Virus record (IMG/VR): IMGVR_UViG_3300027509_000009
DNA from: a virus
DNA length: 35,878 nucleotides
Direction: 5' to 3' (one strand)
Notes under the pieces: model-generated
The model's input: only the letters and a program-made list of their open reading frames with translations
What the model was told of the DNA's origin: nothing
Databases searched by the model: none
Translations under genes and position numbers: made by a program
Shown: positions 21,052 to 31,631 of the stretch, piece after piece
Layout of the letters: the number at the start of each line of letters is the position of its first letter
Numbering within the stretch: position 1 is the first letter of the stretch

Positions 21052-21080
21052 TTGTTAACCCTTTGCTTGGTATTAAGTCC

Positions 21081-21109
21081 ATGATAACTCACTGGATGCC
21101 CCATGTCAA
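21081..21109 (-). promoter_or_regulatory. candidate sigma70-type promoter inside the late block
   Basis: Read on the minus strand: TTGACA (21109..21104), a 17-nt spacer, then TATCAT (21086..21081). It lies in the 116-bp gap between the portal gene and the next gene. Confidence 0.5.
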
Positions 21110-21137
21110 ACACCATCTGACCATACTAGATAGTTAC

Positions 21138-21168
21138 CCACAGGCATAAGCGCTTTATCCACAGGCAT
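21138..21168 (-). repeat. two direct copies of ATGCCTGTGG spaced 21 bp apart, just upstream of the promoter at 21081..21109
   Basis: On the plus strand, CCACAGGCAT occurs at 21138..21147 and again at 21159..21168. The 21-bp spacing equals two helical turns. Confidence 0.6.
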
Positions 21169-22934
21169 TACTGAGGTACACCAGGCATTTCAGGGAACTG
21201 TGGAAGAAGTGGTGCTGCTGGCTGTGGTTGCAATCTTGAGCTACTAGGGACTGTCTTTTCAAGGATTCTATCCTCTAATTCGCTAATCTTCTTTTGCTTC
21301 TCGAAGTCATTAGGGTCAGCGTTCTGAGTCATTGTTACTAGCATGTCCTGCAAGCCCTCTAGGGTCTTCTCTTCAAGCTCATCCTTGCCGATACTAAGCT
21401 CGATCTCAACACTCCAAGATTCAATAGAATTATAGTAGTCATTCCAGTCTATAGTGATTTTGTTATCATCACCGACTGCCGGGACATACTCAGGTGTTTC
21501 TTCACTTGGGACGAACTTAGACTCAGAGATGCGATTTATAGCAGTTTTAGCCTCATCGTCCAAGATTATCTCTGCTTCATTAGGTATCTTTTCATTGCTT
21601 TCTGGGTCTATATTCACATCTAAAACCTGCTCTGCAACCAGAGTATCAAGAGCAACAAGTGCATATTGTCTTAAAAAGCTTTCTATAAGGTTGGTTATCT
21701 GGTTAGTCACACTGTCCTGAACTGAGTTCTGCTGCTTAACTCCTGGACCTGTCTTAGAAAAGTTACCACCATTATTCACTGCGCTAAATGGTTGCCCCAT
21801 TATATTCTGTATCTGCCCAGATAAGAACTCCATCATAGGCTTAAATTGGCTTAAAGCTCCATTATCCATAGCGACCAACTCAGCCTTAGCGTTTTGGTCT
21901 AGCGCCTCCCAAACAGTACCCTGTTTCAACTGGATAGGTTTCGTAAATCTACCTCGCTTTAAGACAGGGGGCTTGCTGTTTAGTAAAAGCATGGAAGCTA
22001 TGTTTTGGTAATAAATGTTAGCTAGGTTCTGGTTCGGGGATGCCAGACGGACGCGGGACACACCGAAAGGCGTTAGCGGAGCCGGGTCTATCACGAGGAA
22101 GTTAATCCGAGGATAACCGAACTTAGACTTATTAGGTATAGCCCTCAGTCCCTCTTCTTCCAGTTGAGGGCAGAAAGTACAGAATTTACCGCCTTTGCCG
22201 ACTTCGTATTTAGTGACTAATTGATAAGTATTAGCAGAATACTCCTCTGCAGCCTTGGCTCTGGCATCTGATTGGTAGATGGAATATTTCATCATAGTTT
22301 CAGGTTCTATCTCTAGCAACCTTGTTAAGGCAGGGACATTCCAGCTAGTGTTAGGGTTAGACTTAGCAGCCTTGAGTATTTTACGAACTCTCGATTTTGT
22401 TAGGTTAGCAACAACATAGAAGTACCCTGCTTCACTGGCATCTTGGATGCCTGGCTCTGGGTCTACATCTGAGTAATGCATAAGTCTCATGCTTGTACCA
22501 AATTCATCCATCATAGTCCCAGTTTTAGTCATAAGAGGAGCATAGCCATGAGTTACAGCCTGTTCTGTGCCCATTTGCATAGTTGCCAAAAGGCTCTTGC
22601 CAAAAGTGTCTTCATTGAAAACATATTTACGCAAGAAGAATGAGCCTAATTGAGCTTTTATGCTGTTTTTAGTGCCGTTGATAACAGATGAATATATGGG
22701 CAGTTGTTGTAGTGAATTTCTCGATATCTGCCTAACTAGACCAGCAATAGTAGTGTCTCCAACATAAGCGGCATTTTTCTGCTTATTAAGAGGTACACCA
22801 TCAACGATGTTATCTAATTGGGGGAAGTCTTCTGTATGTTTTTCCCTGTTAGAGCGAGAAGTATCCCACTCACCGATGAGCTCGTTCATGTCAAGGTCTT
22901 TAACTGCTTGAGGTGTCTTGTATTCTTCTATCAT
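21168..22934 (-). CDS. putative portal protein, 588 aa
   Basis: ORF track, with the SD AAGGAG upstream. Its size and its position upstream of the scaffold-like and capsid genes are typical of portal genes. I recognise no unambiguous motif by eye. Confidence 0.55.
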   Translation of the reverse strand: MIEEYKTPQAVKDLDMNELIGEWDTSRSNREKHTEDFPQLDNIVDGVPLNKQKNAAYVGDTTIAGLVRQISRNSLQQLPIYSSVINGTKNSIKAQLGSFFLRKYVFNEDTFGKSLLATMQMGTEQAVTHGYAPLMTKTGTMMDEFGTSMRLMHYSDVDPEPGIQDASEAGYFYVVANLTKSRVRKILKAAKSNPNTSWNVPALTRLLEIEPETMMKYSIYQSDARAKAAEEYSANTYQLVTKYEVGKGGKFCTFCPQLEEEGLRAIPNKSKFGYPRINFLVIDPAPLTPFGVSRVRLASPNQNLANIYYQNIASMLLLNSKPPVLKRGRFTKPIQLKQGTVWEALDQNAKAELVAMDNGALSQFKPMMEFLSGQIQNIMGQPFSAVNNGGNFSKTGPGVKQQNSVQDSVTNQITNLIESFLRQYALVALDTLVAEQVLDVNIDPESNEKIPNEAEIILDDEAKTAINRISESKFVPSEETPEYVPAVGDDNKITIDWNDYYNSIESWSVEIELSIGKDELEEKTLEGLQDMLVTMTQNADPNDFEKQKKISELEDRILEKTVPSSSRLQPQPAAPLLPQFPEMPGVPQ

Positions 22935-22950
22935 AATTTCTCCTTATATC

Positions 22951-25035
22951 TTACCTTAAGTCCGGCTTAACTCCAAGATTCTCTCCCTCGTAAGAGATTG
23001 TGCGGAGTAGATATGAATTGTATCCCACCGGAGTCCTGTAGTACCATTGAACCTCTGAGGCTAAGTCATTAATAGGGACTTTTATTCTTTTATCGACTTT
23101 ATTCAACGAAGATGACGACTCTGTGAACTGGGTCGATTGTTGCAAATTAGGCGATGGCTGACTATTGTACACATACATTGGGTCAGAAAAACCGCCAGAT
23201 GAAGACCTTACATAAGTAGGACCCTCAAAGGTCTTCTCTTTAACCCTGATTCGCTCATTCTGGTCTTTATAACGGATTCCAACAGTTATCTCCCCAACTA
23301 TGTCCAGGATGTAGAAAACTGCTTGAACCATAGCTTGATATGCGTTGTGGGCATCGTTAACCCCTACCATAGCTCCAGTTGCAGAAGTCGCAAAAGGCTT
23401 TGCCCCCTCGCTAGTATAGTCAACTGTACCGAATGTATCGTAGAGTTTAAGTATTTTATTGCCTTGGCAGATATACACAAAAGCGGCCGAGCTTGGGGGT
23501 GATACGACACCTATCCACTGAGATTCAATTTCGAGAGTGTAGAACGAGCCACCATTGTCCAAGTCTCTAATCAATATTTCTGTTGGGGTGGTGTGCCCAT
23601 AAGCAGGGACAATGAAGTGAAACTTATTATTCCAACCAGCGCCAACTATCTCTGGTAATGCAGATACATTCACTCTCCGGAAATACTCTTCAATATCTTG
23701 GTCTACATTGTCTATCTGGAGAACATTCTGTAGCTGGGCTTTAGTATCCATAGAAACAAGCCCATCAGCAGATGCGAACATTAGTTGCCCCTTGTAATTC
23801 ACAACTCCATAAGGTGATGAAACACCTGCAGCCCCGTAGTTCTGCTCTGTAAAGCCCCATACAACAAAGGATTGGTTGCCGTAATTAATGGTCTGTTGCT
23901 CTAAAATACCCTGCTTTGAGATACCTTGAGTGTTGCTAAATAACACAGTTAAGGATGGGATACCCTGGTTATTCCTAAACCCTACAACATTTGAGGGGAA
24001 GTAATTAGTCCCCTTTGACGGCTCCGCCCGAAAACCGCCATTAGCAGAAGAGAAGTCGAGCGCTTTGTCCCCGTCACCACCGATGTAGATTTCGCCTGTG
24101 TCGTTGCCGTCTTCGTCCTTGATTCCGAACAATATAGGCCGTCCGTCAGTTTCTATGCCCAAGTCGGCTCTGGGGCCGTCTGTGCTGTTTACTGTAGGGG
24201 GGTTGCCCCTGCCCACATCTATTGCAAGGGTGTTGTTGTCGACAAATTTGCTCGTGTTCAGGTCGAGTCCGGGGGCGAGCATAAGCATGTCAGACGACTG
24301 GATAGAGCCACCATTAGCGGCTAAAGCTATATAAAAGTTCCAGTATGTTGCGCCAGCAGGGGCAGTCCCCGGTCGAGTGAATGTCAAATATTCAGAGCCA
24401 TCTTCGTCCCATTGGTCTCTAGGCTTATTTATTGTGTACTCTAAGATATCAGAGATTTCGGTTTCTCCTGTTGCAGAGCTATAGGTATAACCTGCGTATA
24501 TCTTAAAACTGCCGGAGTTTGTGATACCTGTTGGTGATGCAGAAAGTGCTGTAGTAGGGTTGGCTACTAAATCATACTTAACAACATCAAAAGTAGGGCT
24601 AGTCAGATCGACATAGGCAAGCTTATCCCCATTGCTACCATTTAATATAAGGAGAGCGTCTAAAGCCCTTAAGAATGTTGGTTTACCTCCATTGTTGGTG
24701 GTTACAGAGTTATCCCCACCACACTCTGTCCAGCCTGGATCATTGTCTTGGCAGAATCTAATCTTTCCATCATCAGCCACAAAATTATACACACCCCCTT
24801 GAGCCACAACTGCAGAGACTTCATAGACAGTATCTATTGCATCTGGCAACCATTGTTGTAGAGATTTTCTGTTACGAAGACGACCTTTTTGAGATAATTC
24901 AACATTTTTACTCTCTATAAATTGATTGCCCGCAGCCAGCTGCTCCCCATTAAGGAACAGACCACCAGACCAACCATCAAGATCAAGGCTACCGATCTTC
25001 TTTGTTGGCACTTTTACTGGTTTGGTGATCGCCAT
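22951..25035 (-). CDS. putative tail (nozzle / tubular-B-like) protein, 694 aa
   Basis: ORF track. It is a large protein between an adaptor-sized gene and the portal gene. The function is inferred from position. Confidence 0.45.
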   Translation of the reverse strand: MAITKPVKVPTKKIGSLDLDGWSGGLFLNGEQLAAGNQFIESKNVELSQKGRLRNRKSLQQWLPDAIDTVYEVSAVVAQGGVYNFVADDGKIRFCQDNDPGWTECGGDNSVTTNNGGKPTFLRALDALLILNGSNGDKLAYVDLTSPTFDVVKYDLVANPTTALSASPTGITNSGSFKIYAGYTYSSATGETEISDILEYTINKPRDQWDEDGSEYLTFTRPGTAPAGATYWNFYIALAANGGSIQSSDMLMLAPGLDLNTSKFVDNNTLAIDVGRGNPPTVNSTDGPRADLGIETDGRPILFGIKDEDGNDTGEIYIGGDGDKALDFSSANGGFRAEPSKGTNYFPSNVVGFRNNQGIPSLTVLFSNTQGISKQGILEQQTINYGNQSFVVWGFTEQNYGAAGVSSPYGVVNYKGQLMFASADGLVSMDTKAQLQNVLQIDNVDQDIEEYFRRVNVSALPEIVGAGWNNKFHFIVPAYGHTTPTEILIRDLDNGGSFYTLEIESQWIGVVSPPSSAAFVYICQGNKILKLYDTFGTVDYTSEGAKPFATSATGAMVGVNDAHNAYQAMVQAVFYILDIVGEITVGIRYKDQNERIRVKEKTFEGPTYVRSSSGGFSDPMYVYNSQPSPNLQQSTQFTESSSSLNKVDKRIKVPINDLASEVQWYYRTPVGYNSYLLRTISYEGENLGVKPDLR

Positions 25036-25769
25036 TAGTAGACTCCCGTTATATCACTATAATCCTCTACAACTACCTGATTAGCAGCCGCACTCTGCAT
25101 ATTCGCAGCTTTGACCCCCTCTAACAAGTTGTCGTACTTTTGAGCGTAGGATGGAGATAATCCACCCTGAACGATATCCGGTAAACTGGCATTTTTCGCT
25201 GTACCAAGCACGAGTAACTGTCTAGGGATAGGTAATTTGAATAAATCTACATTTTCAGAACCACTGGTACTGACTAGTTGAGGGAATTTATTCACTACAT
25301 CTGCAAAGATAGTACCCCCTATTTCAGTGTCATTCAGGGGTCGTGAGAATACTATTTGCTCTCCAACATAGCTAACTCTGTTATCTCTATTAATGTAGTC
25401 ATTTCTTGAGGTCAGTTGGTCTGGCTCAACAACATCCCAAGTACTGATAACTGTGCCATCTTGGGTTATATAAAGGGGTCTATCCTCTTCGGACACTAAC
25501 CTCAAGGCATCTCTAGGTAAATCGAAAGTGTCGGTCGCTTCGTCAATTTCACCTATTTCAGTGTCGTTTTTCCTCAAAAACAACCAATTAACAGGAGTAT
25601 CGTCAGGGTTCTTTTCAAAAGCTAATTCATCGAGAAATAGATTCAACCATATAGTAGTCTTAGCGACTGCCTCTTGGCCGTCAGCTTCACCTATATCTAC
25701 TATCAAACGATTATAGATAGTTAAATTTACTTCCTGAGTAAAAGCTTGTATTTGTTCTAAATTTGTCAC
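25035..25769 (-). CDS. putative tail adaptor / tubular-A-like protein, 244 aa (GTG start)
   Basis: ORF track. AGGAGG lies 7 nt upstream of the GTG. It overlaps both neighbouring genes by 1-4 nt. The function is inferred from position. Confidence 0.4.
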   Translation of the reverse strand: MTNLEQIQAFTQEVNLTIYNRLIVDIGEADGQEAVAKTTIWLNLFLDELAFEKNPDDTPVNWLFLRKNDTEIGEIDEATDTFDLPRDALRLVSEEDRPLYITQDGTVISTWDVVEPDQLTSRNDYINRDNRVSYVGEQIVFSRPLNDTEIGGTIFADVVNKFPQLVSTSGSENVDLFKLPIPRQLLVLGTAKNASLPDIVQGGLSPSYAQKYDNLLEGVKAANMQSAAANQVVVEDYSDITGVY

Positions 25770-28700
25770 CCTCTACCTCCTTTGTTAACCCCAATCTTTT
25801 TTAATTTTCGACTATAGCTCGCGACTTTCTGTAGTTGTGGGATGCTAGATTGTGCCTGGGAATATGTAGCACCTTTAGCTTGCAGTGGAGTAAAACTATA
25901 ACCTTTAGCGTTATTTGTGGCAATATTCGTAGAGAACTTCGCAGCCTTGCCACTACCACCACTACCACCACCACTACTACTCCTACCCTTTGAGCCTGAA
26001 CTGCCTCCTAAGTAATAATACTTCTTCTTCTCTACAAGTCCAGCATCAAACAGCGCTTCATCAAGTTTAGCTAATTTCTCAGCATAAGCAACTTCATCAG
26101 CATCTCCAGATGCCATCAACTCTCGCCACTTAGTAACTCCAATACCCCCGTCAGACGAAGACCTTTTCTCATAAGCAGTCACCATTTCTGGTTCTACTTC
26201 ACCATCTCTATATATCTTATAACGACCAATTTCGTCCTCATCTGCCTTTATATCGCTGTCTTTAGCATCAGGGTCTAACTTAGCCCTCGCAAGTCTATAC
26301 TCATAACCAGCTATAGCGGCATCATATTCGCCTCTTTCGGCTCGAGCATCAACAGCCTTGTCAGAACTAGGAATATAGCCATATTCTTCACCAAATTGGT
26401 AATCTTCAAGCTTTTCTTGCGCCCGGCGCTTTTCTCCGTTTGTAGAATCTGGGTCAGCCGCAACCTCATTGACCTTGTATTGAGCTCCAAGTACAGCGCT
26501 TTTGTAGTCACCCTCCTCTGCCAAGTCTGCTAGTCGTTCTGCGGTTGTTGGGATTTTTAGCTTGTCTAGCTGTCGTTTCTGGTCTCCGAGACTCAGGTCT
26601 TTGCTCTCCTGTATCCGAGTTTCTTCGTTGGCTTCAACGGCACTAGTGCCGTTAGTCACCCTGTCCAGAGGGCTCTTGGCGTTCTTGCCCTCTGCTCTAG
26701 GCAGTGTTTGTGATAAGCCAGGGATTTTATTCTTAAATTTATTCAGCTCTGTGCTCAGATAGTCTTTAGTGCCATCAGGGTTTTCGACCCTAGTATCAGA
26801 CCTCTCCCCTGTAGGGTTCAAGCCTGTCTGGTCTATTACTGAGTTCACATCAGTTAGAGCAGAGGGGATAGGTCTCCTGAGTATGTCCCCTGTAGCTTTA
26901 ACGGCTCTATCGCTAAAGTCTCCATAACCTGAAACCATCTCCTGTAGTGGGTTGTCACCAACCAAGTTAGATGCCCCTGTAGAAGATATAAACTGCTCTG
27001 CGAACTCGTTGAACACTGCTGGGTCGCCATCACTGTCCATGTACTTACTTATTGTATGACCACCTATAACATTTACCATTGAGGGTCCTAGAGATGAAAC
27101 AGGGATAGATTTGCCCGCAACCTGGACGAATGGACCGTTGAAATCTTCGCCATTATCGTCAGTGTCGGATATCATTCCAGACTGAGACAGGACTAAGCCC
27201 AATAGAGCCAATTCAGAAGCGTTGCCCGCAAATCGACCAATATCGTCAATAGCCCCCTGAGTGTTGCCATTACGCATATTCTTAATAGTGCTATAGACAT
27301 TGTATGCCATATTCTTGTCTGTTACGAGCCTTGTGAGGTTACCTGCTTGCCAGCTTTTGAAAGGTAGAGTCGCGGCATTAATAAGAGGTCCAGCATTAGG
27401 CAAGGCTCTTTCTATTTGCCCCTGCATACCGGTTATGACTGAATTTAGCTTAGTCTGGTGCAGGTTGTTGGTCTTCATGTGGAAATCTTGCGCCTCTAGT
27501 CGCTGTTTGGTGCTCAGAGTAACCTCTCCGATATCTGTGTAAAGGTCTAAATCTTTGCCCTTTAGCTTCAATTTTTGACCATCCTGTCGAGCTAACTCAC
27601 GAGCCCTCATCACTTCTGAACCCTGCGTCATCTTGGTAGCAGCCTCAGTCATATCACCAACAAAACGACCTGCTCTGGTTCTTCTTGTACTCTGTGAATC
27701 TGCACGAGTAGCTCTTTGGAGTTCTCCCATGAAATCAGGCACTCGTCTTCTATCTGTTTTTAAGGTTTTCGCACTCTCAACTGCGCCCTCAAGGTTGCCT
27801 TTTACTAAGGATTTAACATCTGAGGGGGCGAACTCGCGGTATTGACCAGAGTTGCCGGTAGCCTTGTTCAAGACTTTACCTATCAAGCCAGAAACTGCGC
27901 TGTCACGAACATCTGCCATTTGAGTTACACCAGTCACTAGAGGGTCAGAAAGTCTCCTCAAAGGAGAAGAAAGCATAGAAGTCTTGACTCCTTGCGCTAC
28001 TCTTTTACCTACACTGCTTTTAGGCATTAGCGACTGAGAATAGTCCCAAACATCACCTTGTAGATATTCATAGTTGCTTTGAGCTTCTCGGTATTTCTTT
28101 ATAAGTGCAGAACCTACTTCTGGGTCTACTTCTATTCCTGTCTCAATATCGTTTTTCAAAGCGTCTAAACTATCTTTCAAGCTGTTCACAGAGACTTCTT
28201 CGCCAGTGGCGCTATCTATCATTTCTATAAGCGAAGCTCTTTCAGCGTCTGGCAAATCAGCACCCAACTTCTTCTCGATTCGGTCTATCATGTAGTTTTT
28301 CTTCATTGGAGCTGGCATATTCTTAAATAATTCCTTAACCATTCTCAAGTCGCGACCAGCGTTGCTAGAGAACATTTGGATACTCTCCATAGCGTTGGTT
28401 AGCGCTCTAACGCCCTCAGGAGTGTTTGAACGGCCTAATCGATCAACTGCCGCTACTGTCTCGAAATACTCGCTAGGGTTGTTAATAACTATCTCACTGG
28501 CGAATTTTTCACTTAAAGCAGCATCATCCATTTGTCTCACACGAATTTTAGCCTCTGCCTGAACCTCTTCTATATTGAGTGCACTACCTTTAGGCAATAA
28601 AGTCTCTTCAACTTCTGCTCTAGCTCCATCATCTACTATCCTCTCTATAACTTGCTGACGAGTCCTTGGAGCAGGAGTTTTAAACTCTTCGGCTAATAAA

Positions 28701-30448
28701 GCCTCTTTAGCGGCAGTCATCTCAGCTTCGCGAGAAGCAGAAACACTACCCTCAGCCTGAGGGATTATTCCATTGTCAAGGGCTTCTTGCGCTGCTTGGG
28801 CATCAGACACCAATAATGGGTTGCCATTAGAGTCAACGCCCCCGACTGGAGCTACTTCTGGTGTTGGGGCTGAGTCGGCCGAGCTGACCACACCTTGCTC
28901 TCTAAGAGAGTCGACAGTAGCCTGGGCTCTGTTGAGCTGTTCTGCTGAGTCGGCGGAGGCCACGATATCCATAGCCCGGTCTAATTCTTCGGTTCTAGGG
29001 TCCATCTTCCTTAGTTGAGACCCATCCACTGGGTTCTTAAAGTCAGCCATAGGGACTTCACTGCTGATAGAGTCGGCCGCTTTAGCAAGTGCAAAATTAC
29101 TGGTTGGGTCAGGGATTTTGGCTGCATTAGTCGATTTCACCCCTGCTTCGATCTCGATAGATGGTTTCGATTCTGCCCCTGTTTTCTTTATTATACCCGG
29201 CAACTCTGGTGCTTCGATAGTCTTAGCGGCAGTAGTGCTCGCATCTGTAGCGCTATCAATAGCAGAGGTAACTCCCATTTTTTTAGGATTCATAGTAGGG
29301 ACTAGTTGGTTCAAACCAGCACCAGTAACACCAGCCTTAAGAGCGTCGGCAATACTCAAATTTTCTGTCCCCCCGAGATAAGCTTGAGCTCCGGTTCCGA
29401 GCGCAGTACCGGCAACGAAAGGCACAGCAGATTCTTTTATAGCTGTTTTCCCTCCAGCCTTGATTGCTTGTTTAGTCGCATAAGCCTTTGTACCTTGGGT
29501 TATACTCTGTTTAAAAGCGGCTTTACCTGAACCAACCACTGCAGACTTGGCAAGAGCGCCAGAACCGACTAAATCTAGGGGTGATGCGATTAATCCTAGT
29601 TTCTGGAGATTTCTCAGCTTATTCTGCATTTCTGGGTCGAGCGCGTCGAACTCTTCCTGTGTCATACCAAAATCAACTTTAGTCCTCATAGCCCCTAATT
29701 CATCTGCATATTCTTCATTACCCAAGCTCGAGGCTAGTTTTTCAGACCCTGCCAAGCCCAAGTTGAAAGCCGTACCAAAGCCAGGCACATACGAGCCTTT
29801 CTCTGCAACTTTATATAATCTATCACTAACAACATTAAGGTGGTCTATACCCTTTTTCAATCTAGCAGATTCAGCAGCCCCATCGTCGGTCGTTTTCTTC
29901 ATATACTCTGATAAAACGGAGTCTCCTGTGCCGTACTTTTTCATATAATCTTGAGCAGCCATAGTTCTAGCGCGACTTTCAGCACGATTATTCACAGCGC
30001 CCCTGTTCACCAAATTACGACTAAGCCAACTCTCTCCATCGTTGGTTTGTTTCTTGGCTTTCTCTAAGTTAGCCTCGTAAAGCTTCTCTAAAATCCGAGT
30101 TTTTTCTTGCTCTGGACTCACAGGAGCTTGCTCTTGTTGATAGAATAAAGGGTTGTTAAAAGCAGCAAGAGGCTTTTTCTCTAGTGGTTTCTGTTGTTCC
30201 TGAGCTTGAGCATCTAAAACAGATGGAGCAAGAGGTCCCTGATTTGACGGCTGACTGTAGTTATTAGTGTTGGTACGAGAATAAGGGCTAGAAGAACTTG
30301 AGAAAATACTATTTACCGCAGCGCTGCGTTTTGCTTCTAATTTTTCAGCATCCTCACGATCCCATTGAGCCTGTTGGCGCTGGTTTTCTTCTTTGTCCCA
30401 AAAATCTGCCTTTTGGAACGCTCTGGATATGCTGCTAAAAAGGCCCAT
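25766..30448 (-). CDS. giant virion protein, 1560 aa (internal/ejection protein candidate)
   Basis: It is an uninterrupted ORF in the track with the SD AGGGAG upstream. It is largely helical and low-complexity, with a Gly/Ser-rich C-terminal tract (GGSSGSKGRSSSGGGSGGSG). I recognise no enzymatic motif. Confidence 0.55.
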   Translation of the reverse strand: MGLFSSISRAFQKADFWDKEENQRQQAQWDREDAEKLEAKRSAAVNSIFSSSSSPYSRTNTNNYSQPSNQGPLAPSVLDAQAQEQQKPLEKKPLAAFNNPLFYQQEQAPVSPEQEKTRILEKLYEANLEKAKKQTNDGESWLSRNLVNRGAVNNRAESRARTMAAQDYMKKYGTGDSVLSEYMKKTTDDGAAESARLKKGIDHLNVVSDRLYKVAEKGSYVPGFGTAFNLGLAGSEKLASSLGNEEYADELGAMRTKVDFGMTQEEFDALDPEMQNKLRNLQKLGLIASPLDLVGSGALAKSAVVGSGKAAFKQSITQGTKAYATKQAIKAGGKTAIKESAVPFVAGTALGTGAQAYLGGTENLSIADALKAGVTGAGLNQLVPTMNPKKMGVTSAIDSATDASTTAAKTIEAPELPGIIKKTGAESKPSIEIEAGVKSTNAAKIPDPTSNFALAKAADSISSEVPMADFKNPVDGSQLRKMDPRTEELDRAMDIVASADSAEQLNRAQATVDSLREQGVVSSADSAPTPEVAPVGGVDSNGNPLLVSDAQAAQEALDNGIIPQAEGSVSASREAEMTAAKEALLAEEFKTPAPRTRQQVIERIVDDGARAEVEETLLPKGSALNIEEVQAEAKIRVRQMDDAALSEKFASEIVINNPSEYFETVAAVDRLGRSNTPEGVRALTNAMESIQMFSSNAGRDLRMVKELFKNMPAPMKKNYMIDRIEKKLGADLPDAERASLIEMIDSATGEEVSVNSLKDSLDALKNDIETGIEVDPEVGSALIKKYREAQSNYEYLQGDVWDYSQSLMPKSSVGKRVAQGVKTSMLSSPLRRLSDPLVTGVTQMADVRDSAVSGLIGKVLNKATGNSGQYREFAPSDVKSLVKGNLEGAVESAKTLKTDRRRVPDFMGELQRATRADSQSTRRTRAGRFVGDMTEAATKMTQGSEVMRARELARQDGQKLKLKGKDLDLYTDIGEVTLSTKQRLEAQDFHMKTNNLHQTKLNSVITGMQGQIERALPNAGPLINAATLPFKSWQAGNLTRLVTDKNMAYNVYSTIKNMRNGNTQGAIDDIGRFAGNASELALLGLVLSQSGMISDTDDNGEDFNGPFVQVAGKSIPVSSLGPSMVNVIGGHTISKYMDSDGDPAVFNEFAEQFISSTGASNLVGDNPLQEMVSGYGDFSDRAVKATGDILRRPIPSALTDVNSVIDQTGLNPTGERSDTRVENPDGTKDYLSTELNKFKNKIPGLSQTLPRAEGKNAKSPLDRVTNGTSAVEANEETRIQESKDLSLGDQKRQLDKLKIPTTAERLADLAEEGDYKSAVLGAQYKVNEVAADPDSTNGEKRRAQEKLEDYQFGEEYGYIPSSDKAVDARAERGEYDAAIAGYEYRLARAKLDPDAKDSDIKADEDEIGRYKIYRDGEVEPEMVTAYEKRSSSDGGIGVTKWRELMASGDADEVAYAEKLAKLDEALFDAGLVEKKKYYYLGGSSGSKGRSSSGGGSGGSGKAAKFSTNIATNNAKGYSFTPLQAKGATYSQAQSSIPQLQKVASYSRKLKKIGVNKGGRG

Positions 30449-30462
30449 TTAGAACTCCCTTA

Positions 30463-31554
30463 TTAAACTACTGCTAATCTTCTGCGGCTCTCTTCATCCT
30501 CTTGAGCGTTTTGAGGAGTAAATATTCCATTACTGGATACTCCACCTCCAAGATTACCACCTCTTATTTCTACTGTCTTATCACCAGCTCCTGCTAAGTA
30601 GCTCTCTAGGTCTGCTGGATTATATTCAGCACCCTTGGCTGACAGTGGAGCAGCCTGGACACGACTTTTCTTAGCGATAGTGTCATTAAGGTCGCCAGCT
30701 TGGTCAAGATACTTCTTAGAGTTAGATGTTTGCTCTGCATCATTGTATATTTCAGCCAACTTCTGCAAGAAAGTTTGCCTCTTCCCAGCGATAGACCCCT
30801 CTAGGGCAGTCCTCTGGTTAGTACGAGAAGTAGAAGCTTCGTTCCTACGATCTTCGTCCTCTTCTTCAAACTTATCATAAGCTTTGTCAAGACCCTGGGC
30901 GTTTATAGCCGAAGTCTCAACTGCACCACCAATATCTGCATTAACCTCAGAGGTCACTGCTCGGTTGGCAAGGTTGCGACCATCACCATTCAAAGCACCG
31001 ATAGAACCAAGGACACCACGAAGACCTCTCAAGCCCTGCGCAGCAGATACTAGAGAGTTCTGCTTATTCCGTTGTAGGTTGTTTGTATTTAAGTCAGAAG
31101 ATTCATCATATTCGCCTTTAGTACGAGTAGCCTCTCGGTCATATTTCTTAATGAGGGAGTCATAACTATCATCAATGTTGTCATAACCAATAGACTTTTC
31201 AGTGTCTAAACTTTTTATAGCTTTGTTTGTGTTGTTGATAGCAGCAGAATTTAGGACTGGGGCAGGAGCAGCCACAGCCGCTTTAGGGGCAGAATAGCTA
31301 GAAGAACCACCAGAATAACTAGGGGTAGGGGATGTAGCACCAAGTACATTTTCTTGAGCAGCTTTATTATTGATGGCGTTTGTAGTCCGGTCAGCGATAG
31401 CATAGGCTTCCGCAGAATAAGGCCCAACCATAGAGGTTGTGTTATTCCCACTGGCAAGTCTGGCATCTACTATTGACTGAGCAGTTATAAATTCTTTTGT
31501 ATCATTGTTTACTGGTATTGGCGCATTGACCCATCTTCCGTTTACTAGTGGCAT
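30463..31554 (-). CDS. hypothetical virion protein, 363 aa
   Basis: ORF track, with the SD TAGGAG upstream. It is the first gene of the structural block. Confidence 0.55.
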   Translation of the reverse strand: MPLVNGRWVNAPIPVNNDTKEFITAQSIVDARLASGNNTTSMVGPYSAEAYAIADRTTNAINNKAAQENVLGATSPTPSYSGGSSSYSAPKAAVAAPAPVLNSAAINNTNKAIKSLDTEKSIGYDNIDDSYDSLIKKYDREATRTKGEYDESSDLNTNNLQRNKQNSLVSAAQGLRGLRGVLGSIGALNGDGRNLANRAVTSEVNADIGGAVETSAINAQGLDKAYDKFEEEDEDRRNEASTSRTNQRTALEGSIAGKRQTFLQKLAEIYNDAEQTSNSKKYLDQAGDLNDTIAKKSRVQAAPLSAKGAEYNPADLESYLAGAGDKTVEIRGGNLGGGVSSNGIFTPQNAQEDEESRRRLAVV

Positions 31555-31591
31555 AAAATAATCTCCTAAATTTCAAAATTCTAATAACTTC

Positions 31592-31621
31592 ATAATAGCA
31601 TAAACACTACACTCGCAACAA
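31592..31621 (-). promoter_or_regulatory. weak candidate extended -10 promoter ahead of the structural block
   Basis: Read on the minus strand: TTGTTG (31621..31616), an 18-nt spacer ending in TGc, then TATTAT (31597..31592). It lies in the 77-bp gap between the VRR-NUC gene and the first structural gene. Confidence 0.3.
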
Positions 31622-31631
31622 TGGTAAAAAG

